From positions 1-32,364 of the forward strand of contig CBDDUX010000082.1 of NCBI GenBank assembly GCA_965234725.1: a stretch of DNA of 32,364 nt, written 5' to 3'. Below are positions 19,201-27,675 of this stretch, piece by piece (within the stretch, counting starts at the first letter, position 1; each line of letters opens with the position of its first letter). The stretch comes from Thermoplasmatota archaeon. GTDB lineage: Archaea; Thermoplasmatota; Penumbrarchaeia; Penumbrarchaeales; Penumbrarchaeaceae. A model generated the notes under the pieces. The model had not been told where the DNA came from and did no database searches. It worked only from the letters and a program-made list of their open reading frames with translations. The position numbers and the translations under genes are program-made.

Positions 19201-19404
19201 CCCGAGAATAACGAGGAGAGCGTCAAGGAAGATGGACTGGTTCTCCCAGACCTCTGTATCTCCTGATTGTATGTAGTAAGTGTCATTGATGATGATATCC
19301 GAAGATGGGATATTCATTCCATCCACTATTTCGATATTTTCGGTAAATAGTTGTACAGAGGATATCAAGAGAAGGATGATGATGAAATAACCCTGGGATC
19401 TCAC
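16273..19404 (-). CDS. cell-surface protein: signal peptide, right-handed beta-helix (NosD-like), three FN3-like domains, cadherin/PKD-like Ig domains, C-terminal TM
   Basis: 1043-aa ORF; GNYY..Y.G.D...DGIGD..DLYPL, PPPPRSL..W.P..Y.VYR..GLKDNTTYEYGVSAVD, LTYRWTSDIDG..LSPGIHNITL.VTD. Confidence 0.82.
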   Translation of the reverse strand: MRSQGYFIIILLLISSVQLFTENIEIVDGMNIPSSDIIINDTYYIQSGDTEVWENQSIFLDALLVILGKLVLRNTTVTVNSSYQIYTEGIVEITDLDNDPTTTEDRSEIIGNGTWRTLLSTGTTGNISITNSYGSNLSLEGDLLILDSDLLEDTRVILNDDSHLANSTFRSSNMDPNHAVTTVSTSMINLENLTVIDHKNGIMNQEGALNINNCHLINCSSGITTNIATRTYIRSSSIIGSEVPIDSLGLIDIKDSKVVNGSINMREKSLVSFNTVFTEIDGIDMIQVGWVVNSTFIDCIAGLISPKSVTVTRSRFIECGVAISEPEDCLIYHNAFILNFRETEGIPDSMWYDSDLKEGNYYTSYRGKDDGSGDRIREDGIGDTDLPHNGRDLYPLMKDLYWEMPYIPDFTAYHFSGTGRINITWTTNDIDGVLIQRSTQKDFSKDLTIWSVSGDSITIENNPNSTLYFRITGYNSRGYRGWSHDLRINVDQAPLPPKNIVVESLNEGSSLKVSWDFVGEDINRTIIKYSSPAGPSPNEYVTYPKNEVILSDLENGVAYNISILTEDHNGQISSLAPNVTGTPFDLVPPPPPRSLYAQPLTNTSVEIFWDPPFIQDISAYLVYRKGPNENGFKLVGNLSQTAIHFVDRGLKDNTTYEYGVSAVDDDGPISEMAGPIKVTTKHINRPPEFFGGIDLIYLIEDNGSFSMDLDKIAYDPDGDPLIISVEDYYPFLAEISDDLLNILPQQDQSGEGFVKVKVSDGEVSSFLIMGIIIQSIPDPPTGVTILSPVNGSVILPGRSVLLLADAFDPDTQYGDNLTYRWTSDIDGALNGPGSIKEHLYTTLSPGIHNITLDVTDSTGNTAQRKVRVLVSLWGWGEFPWSARILSSEATEEGGQFTVRIRNDGPIQLTFIVSANDISTSQIVGERGILVGPSSTGDLFMDIVGPFKEGSVLELELKVNGETLNGTYAGELEINESLEVKGNNERRPPETFLLVILLGFSLIAIVILIVVFIIGKGVFLKAYKDNLDEDVPVPDSNGAGNNGR

Positions 19405-19451
19405 GTTTAAACAGTTGTCCGGGTTTTATTTGAACTTTGTTGTATGTTCCA

Positions 19452-19787
19452 TCAACCTAGGGGGCCCGCCAGGCTCCTCCCCAGGTCTGTGACTGAGTAG
19501 ATGATGAACTTCCCCTCCTTTCTGGAGGTCAGGACCGAAGCGCTCTGAAGTTTCTTCAGATGGAAGGATAGAAGATTGGGTGCCATGCCTGTCAGGTATG
19601 CCAGCATACCCGGGGTCATATCGCCGAAGTTCAGGAAGTAGAGTATCTCTATCCTTCCCTTGGCTGATAATAATGAGTATACCCTTTCCAGTCTGCGAAG
19701 TACGCTGGGGTCCGGTCTCATCCTTTTCAATCCTTCCAGCCCTCCGAGTTCTTCGAGATCGTCGATACTATCCGGTACTTCCACCAT
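19452..19787 (-). CDS. ArsR/SmtB-family transcriptional regulator (111 aa)
   Basis: RIEILYFL..LSFHLKKL..RKEGKFIIYSVT wHTH; true start probably ATG 19787 (TGATG overlap with the upstream gene), not 20060. Confidence 0.85.
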   Translation of the reverse strand: MVEVPDSIDDLEELGGLEGLKRMRPDPSVLRRLERVYSLLSAKGRIEILYFLNFGDMTPGMLAYLTGMAPNLLSFHLKKLQSASVLTSRKEGKFIIYSVTDLGRSLAGPLG

Positions 19788-21241
19788 CAGAACATCCCCC
19801 CCATGTCCCAGGGAGGATACGAATTGAAATGGAGAGGACCTGACATTATAAGGAAGGTCCACCCGATCCTCGGAGAGGCCGCTATTGCAAACGGGGCAAT
19901 CCAGATAAGATACCATGGATGGAACTGTGCGGATGTGATCAGAAGCAGTATCAAAGCAAGGGCTGAGAGACCGGTTAGGTTTTTGGAGTCCATTGACCAT
20001 GTCAGGATCTCCTTGATCCTGAATATATTTGGAATATTGTTCTCCCTCTTTCTTGACCACAGCAGGATGCTGAAAATGATAGATGAAATGGTCAATGTAA
20101 TTGGTAGGATGCCAAGAATGAGCAATGGTCCTTTGGTCCCGATCAGGAGAATGGACAGGAAATAACCCAGGGGAATGATGGATAGGATGGAAAGTGCGAT
20201 CATGATAACATGGGAATGTTTTCCTTTGCCTCTTGAAATAAGAAGAATGGTTCCGATGATGAGCAATAATGTTGCCAGCAGGAATGAGAGCCCTTCCATC
20301 AGCCCAATCTCATTGAAAAGAATATCCAGGATAAATTGGAATGAATTGGAGGAACCCCAGCCTGATGACTGATAGATCAGATATCCGAAGATCCCTGAAG
20401 GGTCACGTATGATGAACGGTAATGCTGACAGCACGGGAACAATAAAGAATCCAAGGAAGAACATGGACCTCCCCTTCCATTTCTTAATTGTGAAAAAGAA
20501 GAATGGAGTGAGGATGATCGGGAACATCTTGAGAGCGAATCCGGCTCCCAGGAATATTCCTGAGATCAGGTTGCTGCTCTTTGACAGGAACAGGAATGAT
20601 AGAAGGACCAGGGTTGCAACCACCGGATCGAAATGTCCTGCGATCCCGGTCTCGATCAGAGCCACAGGCCACAATGCATATGCTGCGGCTCCCAGGTCCC
20701 AGCCGATACCCATCGGTGAGGTTCGGATCTTCCCGATGGACCACATTATGGGTGGGATCAGTGAGTTGAATATGATGAATACCAGTCTGAATGAGAGCGG
20801 GTCAGGACCCAGAAGGTGTGAAATGGAAGCCACCATCCAGATGTAGAGAGGCGGTTTGTTGATCTCAAAATCCTCGTAGGGAGTTAGTCCATCGAGGAGG
20901 GCCTCTCCTCTGAACTGGAGCCTCATGATATCCTGTGAGAAGGAGGGTTCGAACATAAGAAGGAATAACTGGAGGATGAAAGGGATCAGAAATAGTGGTA
21001 TGAAGGACCATTTCTTCTTCAACAGGTCCGCTGTTATTTCTGATCTGGAGAGGGAGAGGACCAGTCCCAAGTAGAGAATGAAATTGATGGAGAAGAATAA
21101 TTGATAGTAACCCCATCGATTGCTGAAATAAGCTGAAAGGAAGAATGTGAACAGATAGAAAATGGATATCAGAACGAGGAAGGACCGCTTTGAAACGATG
21201 GAGAGGACCTTCTGCTTCAGAGGACCTCCTCTTTCATCCAT
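19787..21241 (-). CDS. GT-C fold polytopic glycosyltransferase (GT87-like)
   Basis: Many TM helices; SQDI, PY..NKPP, GHFD, LKMFP, FHPWYLIW motifs; leaderless start about 25 bp below TTTTAAAA. Confidence 0.8.
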   Translation of the reverse strand: MDERGGPLKQKVLSIVSKRSFLVLISIFYLFTFFLSAYFSNRWGYYQLFFSINFILYLGLVLSLSRSEITADLLKKKWSFIPLFLIPFILQLFLLMFEPSFSQDIMRLQFRGEALLDGLTPYEDFEINKPPLYIWMVASISHLLGPDPLSFRLVFIIFNSLIPPIMWSIGKIRTSPMGIGWDLGAAAYALWPVALIETGIAGHFDPVVATLVLLSFLFLSKSSNLISGIFLGAGFALKMFPIILTPFFFFTIKKWKGRSMFFLGFFIVPVLSALPFIIRDPSGIFGYLIYQSSGWGSSNSFQFILDILFNEIGLMEGLSFLLATLLLIIGTILLISRGKGKHSHVIMIALSILSIIPLGYFLSILLIGTKGPLLILGILPITLTISSIIFSILLWSRKRENNIPNIFRIKEILTWSMDSKNLTGLSALALILLLITSAQFHPWYLIWIAPFAIAASPRIGWTFLIMSGPLHFNSYPPWDMGGMF

Positions 21242-21286
21242 GGGTCGGGGAAGGTCCGATGATTTTAAAAGGATTGCTTAAGAGGA
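21201..21286 (+). repeat. 86-bp direct repeat, copy 1 (glycosyltransferase 5' end plus promoter)
   Basis: 85/86 identical to 23106-23191 (single mismatch 21243 G vs 23148 T). Confidence 0.95.
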
Positions 21287-21390
21287 CCTTTTGTTGGAAA
21301 CGGATGGTCCACAGGACAGGATCGATGACTTGCCCGAGGGATGGATCCTGAGGGAGTGGGTGACCTTATAGGCACCAATGGGATCCGGAT

Positions 21391-21474
21391 GATCATATCC
21401 TGACATTGATCCTCCTTACCCCTGTAATGATCCTCATCGGGAGGACGAAGAAGAGGCCCATATCGGAAGAATGA
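21391..21474 (+). pseudogene. remnant of a C-terminal membrane anchor
   Basis: Reads DHILTLILLTPVMILIGRTKKRPISEE*, a hydrophobic stretch plus basic tail with no start. Confidence 0.4.
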
Positions 21475-21566
21475 TGAAACAACCGATCATCAATAATTTG
21501 TAAAATATGGGCCATACAAAATTACCGGGATTTCCCTTTAAATATTCTATTATTAAATACTTTCTT

Positions 21567-21604
21567 CAATCCCGGGAAATATTTGGTGATTGTTCCCGGG
21601 ATTG
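21567..21604. promoter_or_regulatory. 12-bp inverted repeat upstream of the HATPase TATA box
   Basis: CAATCCCGGGAA-N14-TTCCCGGGATTG; TTTTATATATATAAA follows at about 21616-21630. Confidence 0.6.
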
Positions 21605-21652
21605 CCGGTGATTATTTTTATATATATAAAAGTATATGCTATTCCCGGTAAA

Positions 21653-22615
21653 ATGAAGGCATTCATTCCCAACAGTGCTTTCCTTGGAAATATCGATCCC
21701 TTCATCAGATCCCTGGACCTATCGGACCCAAATAAACTTGAGGTGACTGGTAACAGGAAATGGATCTCCATTCATCCTGTAATTCTTACGATCATTGCAT
21801 CAATGGGATCGAATTTGCAACCGGAAAATGTCAAGATCGACCTGGAGGCAAGGTCCGGTCATTATCTGGAAAGAATGGGATTGCACAGCATGCTTGGAGT
21901 CGAACCACAGAATCCCGTGATCGAGCATGAACCATCCGGAAGGTTCATCCCCATTTCACGGATCAAAGGATCCGATGACCTGAGCGGGTTCATAACCGAT
22001 GTCATTCCTCTTCTTCATCTTGAACCGGAAATGGCCCTCCCTATAAAATATACATTGAGCGAACTCGTTCGGAATGTACTGGAGCACTCCGAATCACCCG
22101 ATGGAGCGATCGTGGCGGCGCAATATTACGCAAAGAGCAATACGATCAGATTGGGAATAACCGATAATGGTGTTGGGATCAGACGGACGATCAGTAGATC
22201 ACACCTTACAGGCTCCGATCTTGAGGCCATCAGGCTTTCCCTCATGCCCGGGATCACCGGAACCACCAGGAGAGAAGGAGGTACAGAACAGAACGCCGGG
22301 GCAGGTCTGTTCTTCATCAAATCCATAGCGACAGTGAAAAGGGACTTCTTCATGGTCTATTCAGGAAATGCCATGTATAAACTCCTCAGGTCCAGGAATT
22401 TGAGAAGAAAACGAAAATTGAATGCGGATCCGTTCAAGGATAGACATTCCTGTGGTGAAGAATATCCCTATTGGGGAGGTACAGTGGTCGGAATAGACAT
22501 ATCCTTATCCGAAACAGAGGAATTCTCGGATCTACTGGATGATATCAACAGGACCTATATTCAAACTATAAAGGAGAGGAAAAAGGCAAGATACAGGAGA
22601 CCCAGATTTCAATGA
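21653..22615 (+). CDS. GHKL/HATPase_c domain protein (anti-sigma kinase-like)
   Basis: N box ELVRNVLEHS, G1 ITDNGVGI, G2 NAGAGLF; ATG 21653 lies about 25 bp below the TATA box. Confidence 0.85.
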   Translation: MKAFIPNSAFLGNIDPFIRSLDLSDPNKLEVTGNRKWISIHPVILTIIASMGSNLQPENVKIDLEARSGHYLERMGLHSMLGVEPQNPVIEHEPSGRFIPISRIKGSDDLSGFITDVIPLLHLEPEMALPIKYTLSELVRNVLEHSESPDGAIVAAQYYAKSNTIRLGITDNGVGIRRTISRSHLTGSDLEAIRLSLMPGITGTTRREGGTEQNAGAGLFFIKSIATVKRDFFMVYSGNAMYKLLRSRNLRRKRKLNADPFKDRHSCGEEYPYWGGTVVGIDISLSETEEFSDLLDDINRTYIQTIKERKKARYRRPRFQ

Positions 22616-22905
22616 CCGAAGTATCCATTGTGGAAATGGCTGGTACATTTGCAGAGAATAAGGATGTGGCCAGAAGGATAAGGGAAGAGATTTTGTTCCC
22701 CGCTCTTATCCGGAACGAGGAGATAACAATGGATTTTGAAGATATTGAATCTGCAACACAATCATTCATTCATGCATTGATCAGCGAACCGATCAGAAGA
22801 TATGGTAGCGGTGTCCTTGATCACATCATCTTCAGGAATTGTAATGAAAATGTCAGGAAGATCATCCTCATCGTCTCTGATTACATGCAGGAAAGTGAAT
22901 CCTGA
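22612..22905 (+). CDS. STAS-like (DUF4325) protein
   Basis: ITMDFEDIESATQSF motif containing the conserved Ser; ATGA overlap with the HATPase. Confidence 0.85.
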   Translation: MTEVSIVEMAGTFAENKDVARRIREEILFPALIRNEEITMDFEDIESATQSFIHALISEPIRRYGSGVLDHIIFRNCNENVRKIILIVSDYMQESES

Positions 22906-23105
22906 AATATTCTAAGGACCGTTAAGGTAACCAGGCAGGGTATAGAGAAGAATGGACTCGATTCAGGGCTCCGATCTGGGACCTCTCAAAGATACCCATA
23001 TAGGGGCTATGAATGGGTAAAAGGAATTCGGGTCCTGAAGTTCGTTTTTAATCCTGCTTAAATAACCAGACAGAATCTCCGGAAGTATATCTCCAATAGC
23101 CACCA

Positions 23106-23191
23106 GAGAGGACCTTCTGCTTCAGAGGACCTCCTCTTTCATCCATGTGTCGGGGAAGGTCCGATGATTTTAAAAGGATTGCTTAAGAGGA
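23106..23191 (+). repeat. 86-bp direct repeat, copy 2
   Basis: 85/86 identical to 21201-21286; carries a second copy of the TATA box and ATG on the minus strand. Confidence 0.95.
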
Positions 23192-23426
23192 ACTTCTTGG
23201 GTCAATGAGGAGAATATGATTATGGGTATCAGTGTGTAACCATTGCGGGCCCAAGGAATATGGATAGGTTTCCAGTACAGTTCTGTTTTCGACTGACCTT
23301 TGAGGAATATACGGGTTTATGATCACAAAATGTGACCTTAGAAAGGAGATGTGTGAGTCAGTGTTCTGACCATGATCACAGAACGTATAAAGGGATAGTG
23401 GAATCTTCTCCGTTAACAGGATGTAC

Positions 23427-25217
23427 TCACTCTTCGACCAGATTATTCGTGCGCTTTCTCATCAAGGACCATACGACGGTGATCCCCAGGCCAGTGACGA
23501 CCATAGCCCCAACTACCGCTACGACTAAGATCATCACATTCAGCCAGCCGCTATCATCTTCAGCGGGTTCGGGTGATTGGTATCCAACGATGTCCTCAGC
23601 TTCCAGATACATCTGTTCGATCTCCTCAGCAGTGAGCTCAACATGGTAGTCTTCCGGAGTTGCGCTCCGGGTGGCCAGTCCAGTCCCCCGGAAACGATAT
23701 ACCAGGTTTCCCCAATCGTCATGGTCTGTCAATACTTCGTTGGCTGGACTGGGGTGTCTCACTTGATTGTTCAGGTTAATATTCACTCCCTCCGAGGTCA
23801 CGTTGTCGTTGTCCCAGTTTATCCGCATATCGACTCCATCGTTTGTGTACATAAGACCGTCCGGCCCGGTCCACACTGTCACTTCCGTAATGCCGATCCC
23901 ATCGTTTTCATTCAGGTTCGACTCGTCCAGGTCCCAGCAATTACCATGGGAATAGTCCAACGGCCGGTTCGGTTTCCATGAATTGAATTGGAAAGCATAG
24001 TTCATGATGCTCAGATAGTTCGGTTTGTAATTGACTTCGACATCTCCTCCGTGTTCTAGGCCGAGCGCATGGCCGAGCTCATGCATGAAGACTGCTGCCT
24101 GGCTCTTACGGTTTCCTCCGTTTTCCAATGCGCCGAAGGCGAGAATGAAGTCATCACAAGGGGCGCCTTCTGCCACACCAGGACAAGTGTAGTTTGGGGG
24201 ATTCAACCATATCTTATTGACGAACAAGCAGTACCTGAAAGCTAGTTCCTTGGCCTCCAGGGTCTTCGGGTTGGACCGCTCATCAGGAGTTCCAAAATTG
24301 ATCGCTTTTTGGAGATATAATCCCTCAAAACTTTCCATTATGCCTATTGCGGGTAAAGATTCATCGATTACAACATGCAGGTTGATGCCGTTCACCCCGT
24401 CCGGATTTGAGACAGGTGCATTCGCGAAGGCGTCTTTGACATCTTCGATGGCCTCCGGTATGGGACGTCGGCCGGTGTAGTAGTCGGCTTCGACGAATAC
24501 GTCCTTGTGTTCCGAGTCTGCGCCCAGCATGGGTAGGTCCAGGTCCACCGTTCCGTCCTTGTCGAGGTCGATGCCATAGATCTCCCACGAGTCCGGGAGG
24601 CCATCGCCGTCGGTATCCTTCTCGATGGTCACTGTTATTGAACCCTTGTTGTCCTGGAAGTAGGAGTCCGCTTGGGAGATGAACAGAAATCGGGCGTTCC
24701 TGGGTACTTCGATCCAGGAACCCGTCTTAGGCTTAATAGAGAAATCCTCCGGGATGTCAGTGGGTTCCTGGTTGAAATGTGTGGTCCCAGTATCTGCATC
24801 ATACATTCCGCCATCGATAGCCCCAGGTACCCTGTGTTCCTCACCGACGGACAGGAGTTGGCTATTCATACTGAACACACCGATCAGCCCTGTCACATCC
24901 CTATAGACGAGAGGCCTGCTGTCCCACCCAGCATCATTACATACCTCCCCTTTGAAACTGATACAAATGTTGTCTCCGGGAAGGAAGCCAAAAGCTTGAA
25001 GATCGACCATAGCAGGTGATTCGATCATGCCTACGCCGCCCTGATATTCTTCAGTGTGGAGATAGGTCCCTCTGACCGGGACATCGATCTCGGCAATTCC
25101 ATCCCCTGGACTACCAGATTCCGCCGCAACTTCCGTAACCTCTATCTGAAAAGGAAGCGAGCTCAGGACCAGCAAGAAGAGTAGTCCGATGATCGTAATT
25201 CGGCGTAAAGCGATCAT
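23427..25217 (-). CDS. membrane-anchored secreted zinc metalloprotease (metzincin-type, 596 aa)
   Basis: Signal peptide from ATG 25217; DTDGDGLPDSWE Ca-binding motif; HELGHALGLEH; Met-turn SIMNY; C-terminal TM plus RKR. Confidence 0.85.
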   Translation of the reverse strand: MIALRRITIIGLLFLLVLSSLPFQIEVTEVAAESGSPGDGIAEIDVPVRGTYLHTEEYQGGVGMIESPAMVDLQAFGFLPGDNICISFKGEVCNDAGWDSRPLVYRDVTGLIGVFSMNSQLLSVGEEHRVPGAIDGGMYDADTGTTHFNQEPTDIPEDFSIKPKTGSWIEVPRNARFLFISQADSYFQDNKGSITVTIEKDTDGDGLPDSWEIYGIDLDKDGTVDLDLPMLGADSEHKDVFVEADYYTGRRPIPEAIEDVKDAFANAPVSNPDGVNGINLHVVIDESLPAIGIMESFEGLYLQKAINFGTPDERSNPKTLEAKELAFRYCLFVNKIWLNPPNYTCPGVAEGAPCDDFILAFGALENGGNRKSQAAVFMHELGHALGLEHGGDVEVNYKPNYLSIMNYAFQFNSWKPNRPLDYSHGNCWDLDESNLNENDGIGITEVTVWTGPDGLMYTNDGVDMRINWDNDNVTSEGVNINLNNQVRHPSPANEVLTDHDDWGNLVYRFRGTGLATRSATPEDYHVELTAEEIEQMYLEAEDIVGYQSPEPAEDDSGWLNVMILVVAVVGAMVVTGLGITVVWSLMRKRTNNLVEE

Positions 25218-25582
25218 TCCCCTGACATCATCCTCTCGAAGGTCACACGATATCCTATGAGCGATACCCTGCTGATAACAGTGACCGTAACCTTCCCTCG
25301 ATAGATGTGGTTGAACCATTTGCCTGGAAGAGCCAGTCCACTTCTGGATCTCGATTTTTGAGGGCGGCCGGCCTAAAAAATGTTTATTTCTTCGCATACC
25401 CATGACGATACCCCTACTGGACCTTAAATGAGAAACCGATAGAAATAATCTGTTACATTTCGGTCCGACATTAAAGGAATAAAAAATTGACAGTGAACGA
25501 GTAGCTTTATTCAAAGATATTTCTTCTATTTTTTTCGTTAATGATCATTCCATGACATAAAACCACAATGGGATCCTTGCTG

Positions 25583-25700
25583 TGGGCAGAACAGGTCTCA
25601 TTGTGATACTCAGGTGATGATTAAGAAACGTTTATTGCACTCGAGATTTTATTGGTATTTTTATGAAATATATGAAATGTTGATGGCTCGCGATGGGGCC
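25583..25700 (+). repeat. 118-bp intergenic block Y, copy 1
   Basis: Ungapped match to 29345-29462, 95/118 by hand count. Confidence 0.9.
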
Positions 25701-25722
25701 TCGGATGGGTATAGGAATAATG

Positions 25723-25750
25723 GGTCCTATATCAAGGGTATAAGGACCCC
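25723..25750 (+). repeat. 28-bp block W (second copy at 28312-28339)
   Basis: GGTCCTATATCAAGGGTATAAGGACCCC vs GGTCCTATATCATGGGTATCAGAACCCC, 25/28. Confidence 0.7.
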
Positions 25751-25825
25751 CCTCACATCACGCACCCACCGGAAAGTTATATTCTCCACCCCCCATTACC
25801 CACTCAAGGTGCGGGATAGAGAAAG

Positions 25826-25879
25826 ATGTTCATCTACCAGTCAAACAAGCGGGGATTCCTCGATCCGGTCCTCAAATGA
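25826..25879 (+). pseudogene. possible 5' stub of a DUF2075-type helicase gene
   Basis: MFIYQSNKRGFLD resembles the MIVYxxxKxxFLxD N-terminus I recall for that family; TATA-like GAAAGTTATAT upstream; truncated after 17 codons. Confidence 0.3.
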
Positions 25880-26074
25880 TACAAATGAAAGATTCGCATA
25901 CCTCTCTATTCACATAATTAAAAAGGATAATATCATGATGAGACCTGATAATGATGAGAATGGATATTGGGTCTGATCAAAAAGGAAAATACACATGCCA
26001 ACAAAAAGGAACTTTTCCCACCTCCCGGAACGAATTCTCAAGTTTTTTAGTCCCATTACAGAGGTGAGGACCAT

Positions 26075-27130
26075 ATGAGTTCACGTAAAGATCAGGATAA
26101 GAAAAAAGATCCCGGAAAGGGGCAATTTCTTGTATATCAAGCCGAGGATGGGGCACTCAAACTGGAAGTGAGGCTGGAAAATGAGACAGTTTGGCTTTCT
26201 CAGAAGCTAATGGCCGAGCTATTCCAGAAGGATGTTCGGACCATAAATGAACACATACGGAATGTTTACGACGAGGGAGAACTTGATCCAGATTCAACTA
26301 TCCGGAAATTCCGGATAGTTCAAACCGAGGGCAGAAGACAGGTTGCCCGTTTGGTCGAATTCTACAATCTTGACATGATAATTTCAGTTGGATACCGTGT
26401 GAAAAGCCATGTTGCTACCAGATTCAGGATCTGGGCAACTCAGAAGCTGAAGGAATACATAATCAAAGGATTTGTCCTGGATGACGAGAGATTGAAAAAC
26501 CCGGATCAACCTTTCGATTATTTCGAAGAGTTAACACTCCGCATTCAGGACATAAGAACGTCCGAGCGACGCTTCTACCAGAAGATAACGGATATCTATG
26601 CAACAAGTATTGACTACGATCCAACAATGAAGATAAGTATTGATTTCTTCAAGACGGTTCAGAATAAAATGCACTGGGCCATTACAGGCCTAACTGCAGC
26701 CGAACTCATTCATTCCAGAGCGGATTCAACAAAGCACCATATGGGTTTGACAAATTACCGTGGAACAAAGGTGCGAAAACAGGATGCGATGATTGCAAAA
26801 AACTATCTTTCGGAGGATGAACTGTCAGCTCTGAATAATCTGGTCGAACAATATCTGATCTTTGCTGAAGGGCAGGCGATGCGCCGCATTCCGATGTACA
26901 TGAAGGATTGGATAAAGAAATTGGATGGCTTTCTATCCATCAATGATCGGGACATATTGAAAGATACCGGAAAAATATCTCATGAAATGGCGGAGCAACA
27001 GGCCAGAGATGAGTATGAGAAGTTCAATGCCAGAAGGATTGCGGAGATTAAGAATCACCTGAGTGACTTTGATCAATCGGTAAGGCAAATAGAAAGCGGG
27101 AAATCCAGAAAAAAGGATGAGGACACTTAG
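26075..27130 (+). CDS. rhuM: RhuM-family (Virulence_RhuM) DNA-binding protein
   Basis: ETVWLSQKLMAELF, YNLDMIISVGYRVKS, FRIWAT, IRTSERRFYQK, VQNKMHWA, AKNYL; GAGGTGA RBS. Confidence 0.92.
   Translation: MSSRKDQDKKKDPGKGQFLVYQAEDGALKLEVRLENETVWLSQKLMAELFQKDVRTINEHIRNVYDEGELDPDSTIRKFRIVQTEGRRQVARLVEFYNLDMIISVGYRVKSHVATRFRIWATQKLKEYIIKGFVLDDERLKNPDQPFDYFEELTLRIQDIRTSERRFYQKITDIYATSIDYDPTMKISIDFFKTVQNKMHWAITGLTAAELIHSRADSTKHHMGLTNYRGTKVRKQDAMIAKNYLSEDELSALNNLVEQYLIFAEGQAMRRIPMYMKDWIKKLDGFLSINDRDILKDTGKISHEMAEQQARDEYEKFNARRIAEIKNHLSDFDQSVRQIESGKSRKKDEDT
26296..26320. repeat. perfect 25-bp coding palindrome inside rhuM
   Basis: AACTATCCGGAA-A-TTCCGGATAGTT, encoding TIRKFRIV. Confidence 0.9.
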
Positions 27131-27160
27131 GACCTGTGGATTGGAAGGAATGGTCAATAT

Positions 27161-27240
27161 AGTGCCGGACAGGCCCAATGTATCGGATTTATTCAAGCTC
27201 TAAGGAGGTCCACGGGTTTTGGGGTGGGGCCTCGAATGGG
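27161..27240 (+). repeat. post-gene repeat Z, copy after rhuM
   Basis: AGTGCCGGACAGGCCC...CTCTAAGGAGGTCC...TGGGGCCTCGAATGGG; starts 31 bp after the stop. Confidence 0.8.
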
Positions 27241-27384
27241 CATGGGTGTAAATACCTTATTAAAAAGGTATTCCCCATACCAACAAATGGTGTTGAACTA
27301 CACGACATCATCAGAATTTGATAAATCATTATATAATCCCAATACAGATTCCAGGAACCATCCAATGAAAAGGGAAGTAACAAG

Positions 27385-27675
27385 ATGAACAATATCATGG
27401 AGATATTGGAAATATTGAATCAGGTCAAACCTGAAATTAAGACCAGATTCAAGGTTAAGAATATTGGAATATTCGGATCTTATGCCAGGAATGAAGAGAC
27501 CGAGGACAGTGATGTGGATATTCTTGTCGAGCTCGAAGAACCCATCGGTCTGGATCTTGTGGAGCTGATATTCTTCCTGGAGGAGAAATTGGGTAAGAAA
27601 GTCGATCTGGTCACGACAAAATCACTGAGATCGGAATTCCAGGAAGTTATAAGCAAAGAGGTGGTCTTCACTTGA
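27385..27675 (+). CDS. minimal nucleotidyltransferase (MNT/MntA-type antitoxin)
   Basis: IFGSYARNEETEDSDVDILVE, LGKKVDLVT. Confidence 0.92.
   Translation: MNNIMEILEILNQVKPEIKTRFKVKNIGIFGSYARNEETEDSDVDILVELEEPIGLDLVELIFFLEEKLGKKVDLVTTKSLRSEFQEVISKEVVFT

Noticed and set aside
19788..20060. N-terminal extension of the ArsR ORF (with an apparent CPVC motif)
   Set aside because: It lies inside the glycosyltransferase gene in another frame; the TGATG overlap at 19787 gives a normal-sized ArsR
1807..20846. Many long antisense or overlapping ORFs (e.g. 1807-2505, 7141-7809, 18455-19150)
   Set aside because: Shadow frames of well-supported genes, Ser/Arg-rich, with no motifs
25218..25514. 99-aa N-terminal extension of the metalloprotease ORF
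   Set aside because: Not protein-like; the signal peptide begins at ATG 25217
25614..25976. 120-aa ORF (and similar ORFs 27189-27398, 27929-28153)
   Set aside because: They run across repeat blocks and promoter-like sequence, and the frames are not conserved in the other repeat copies
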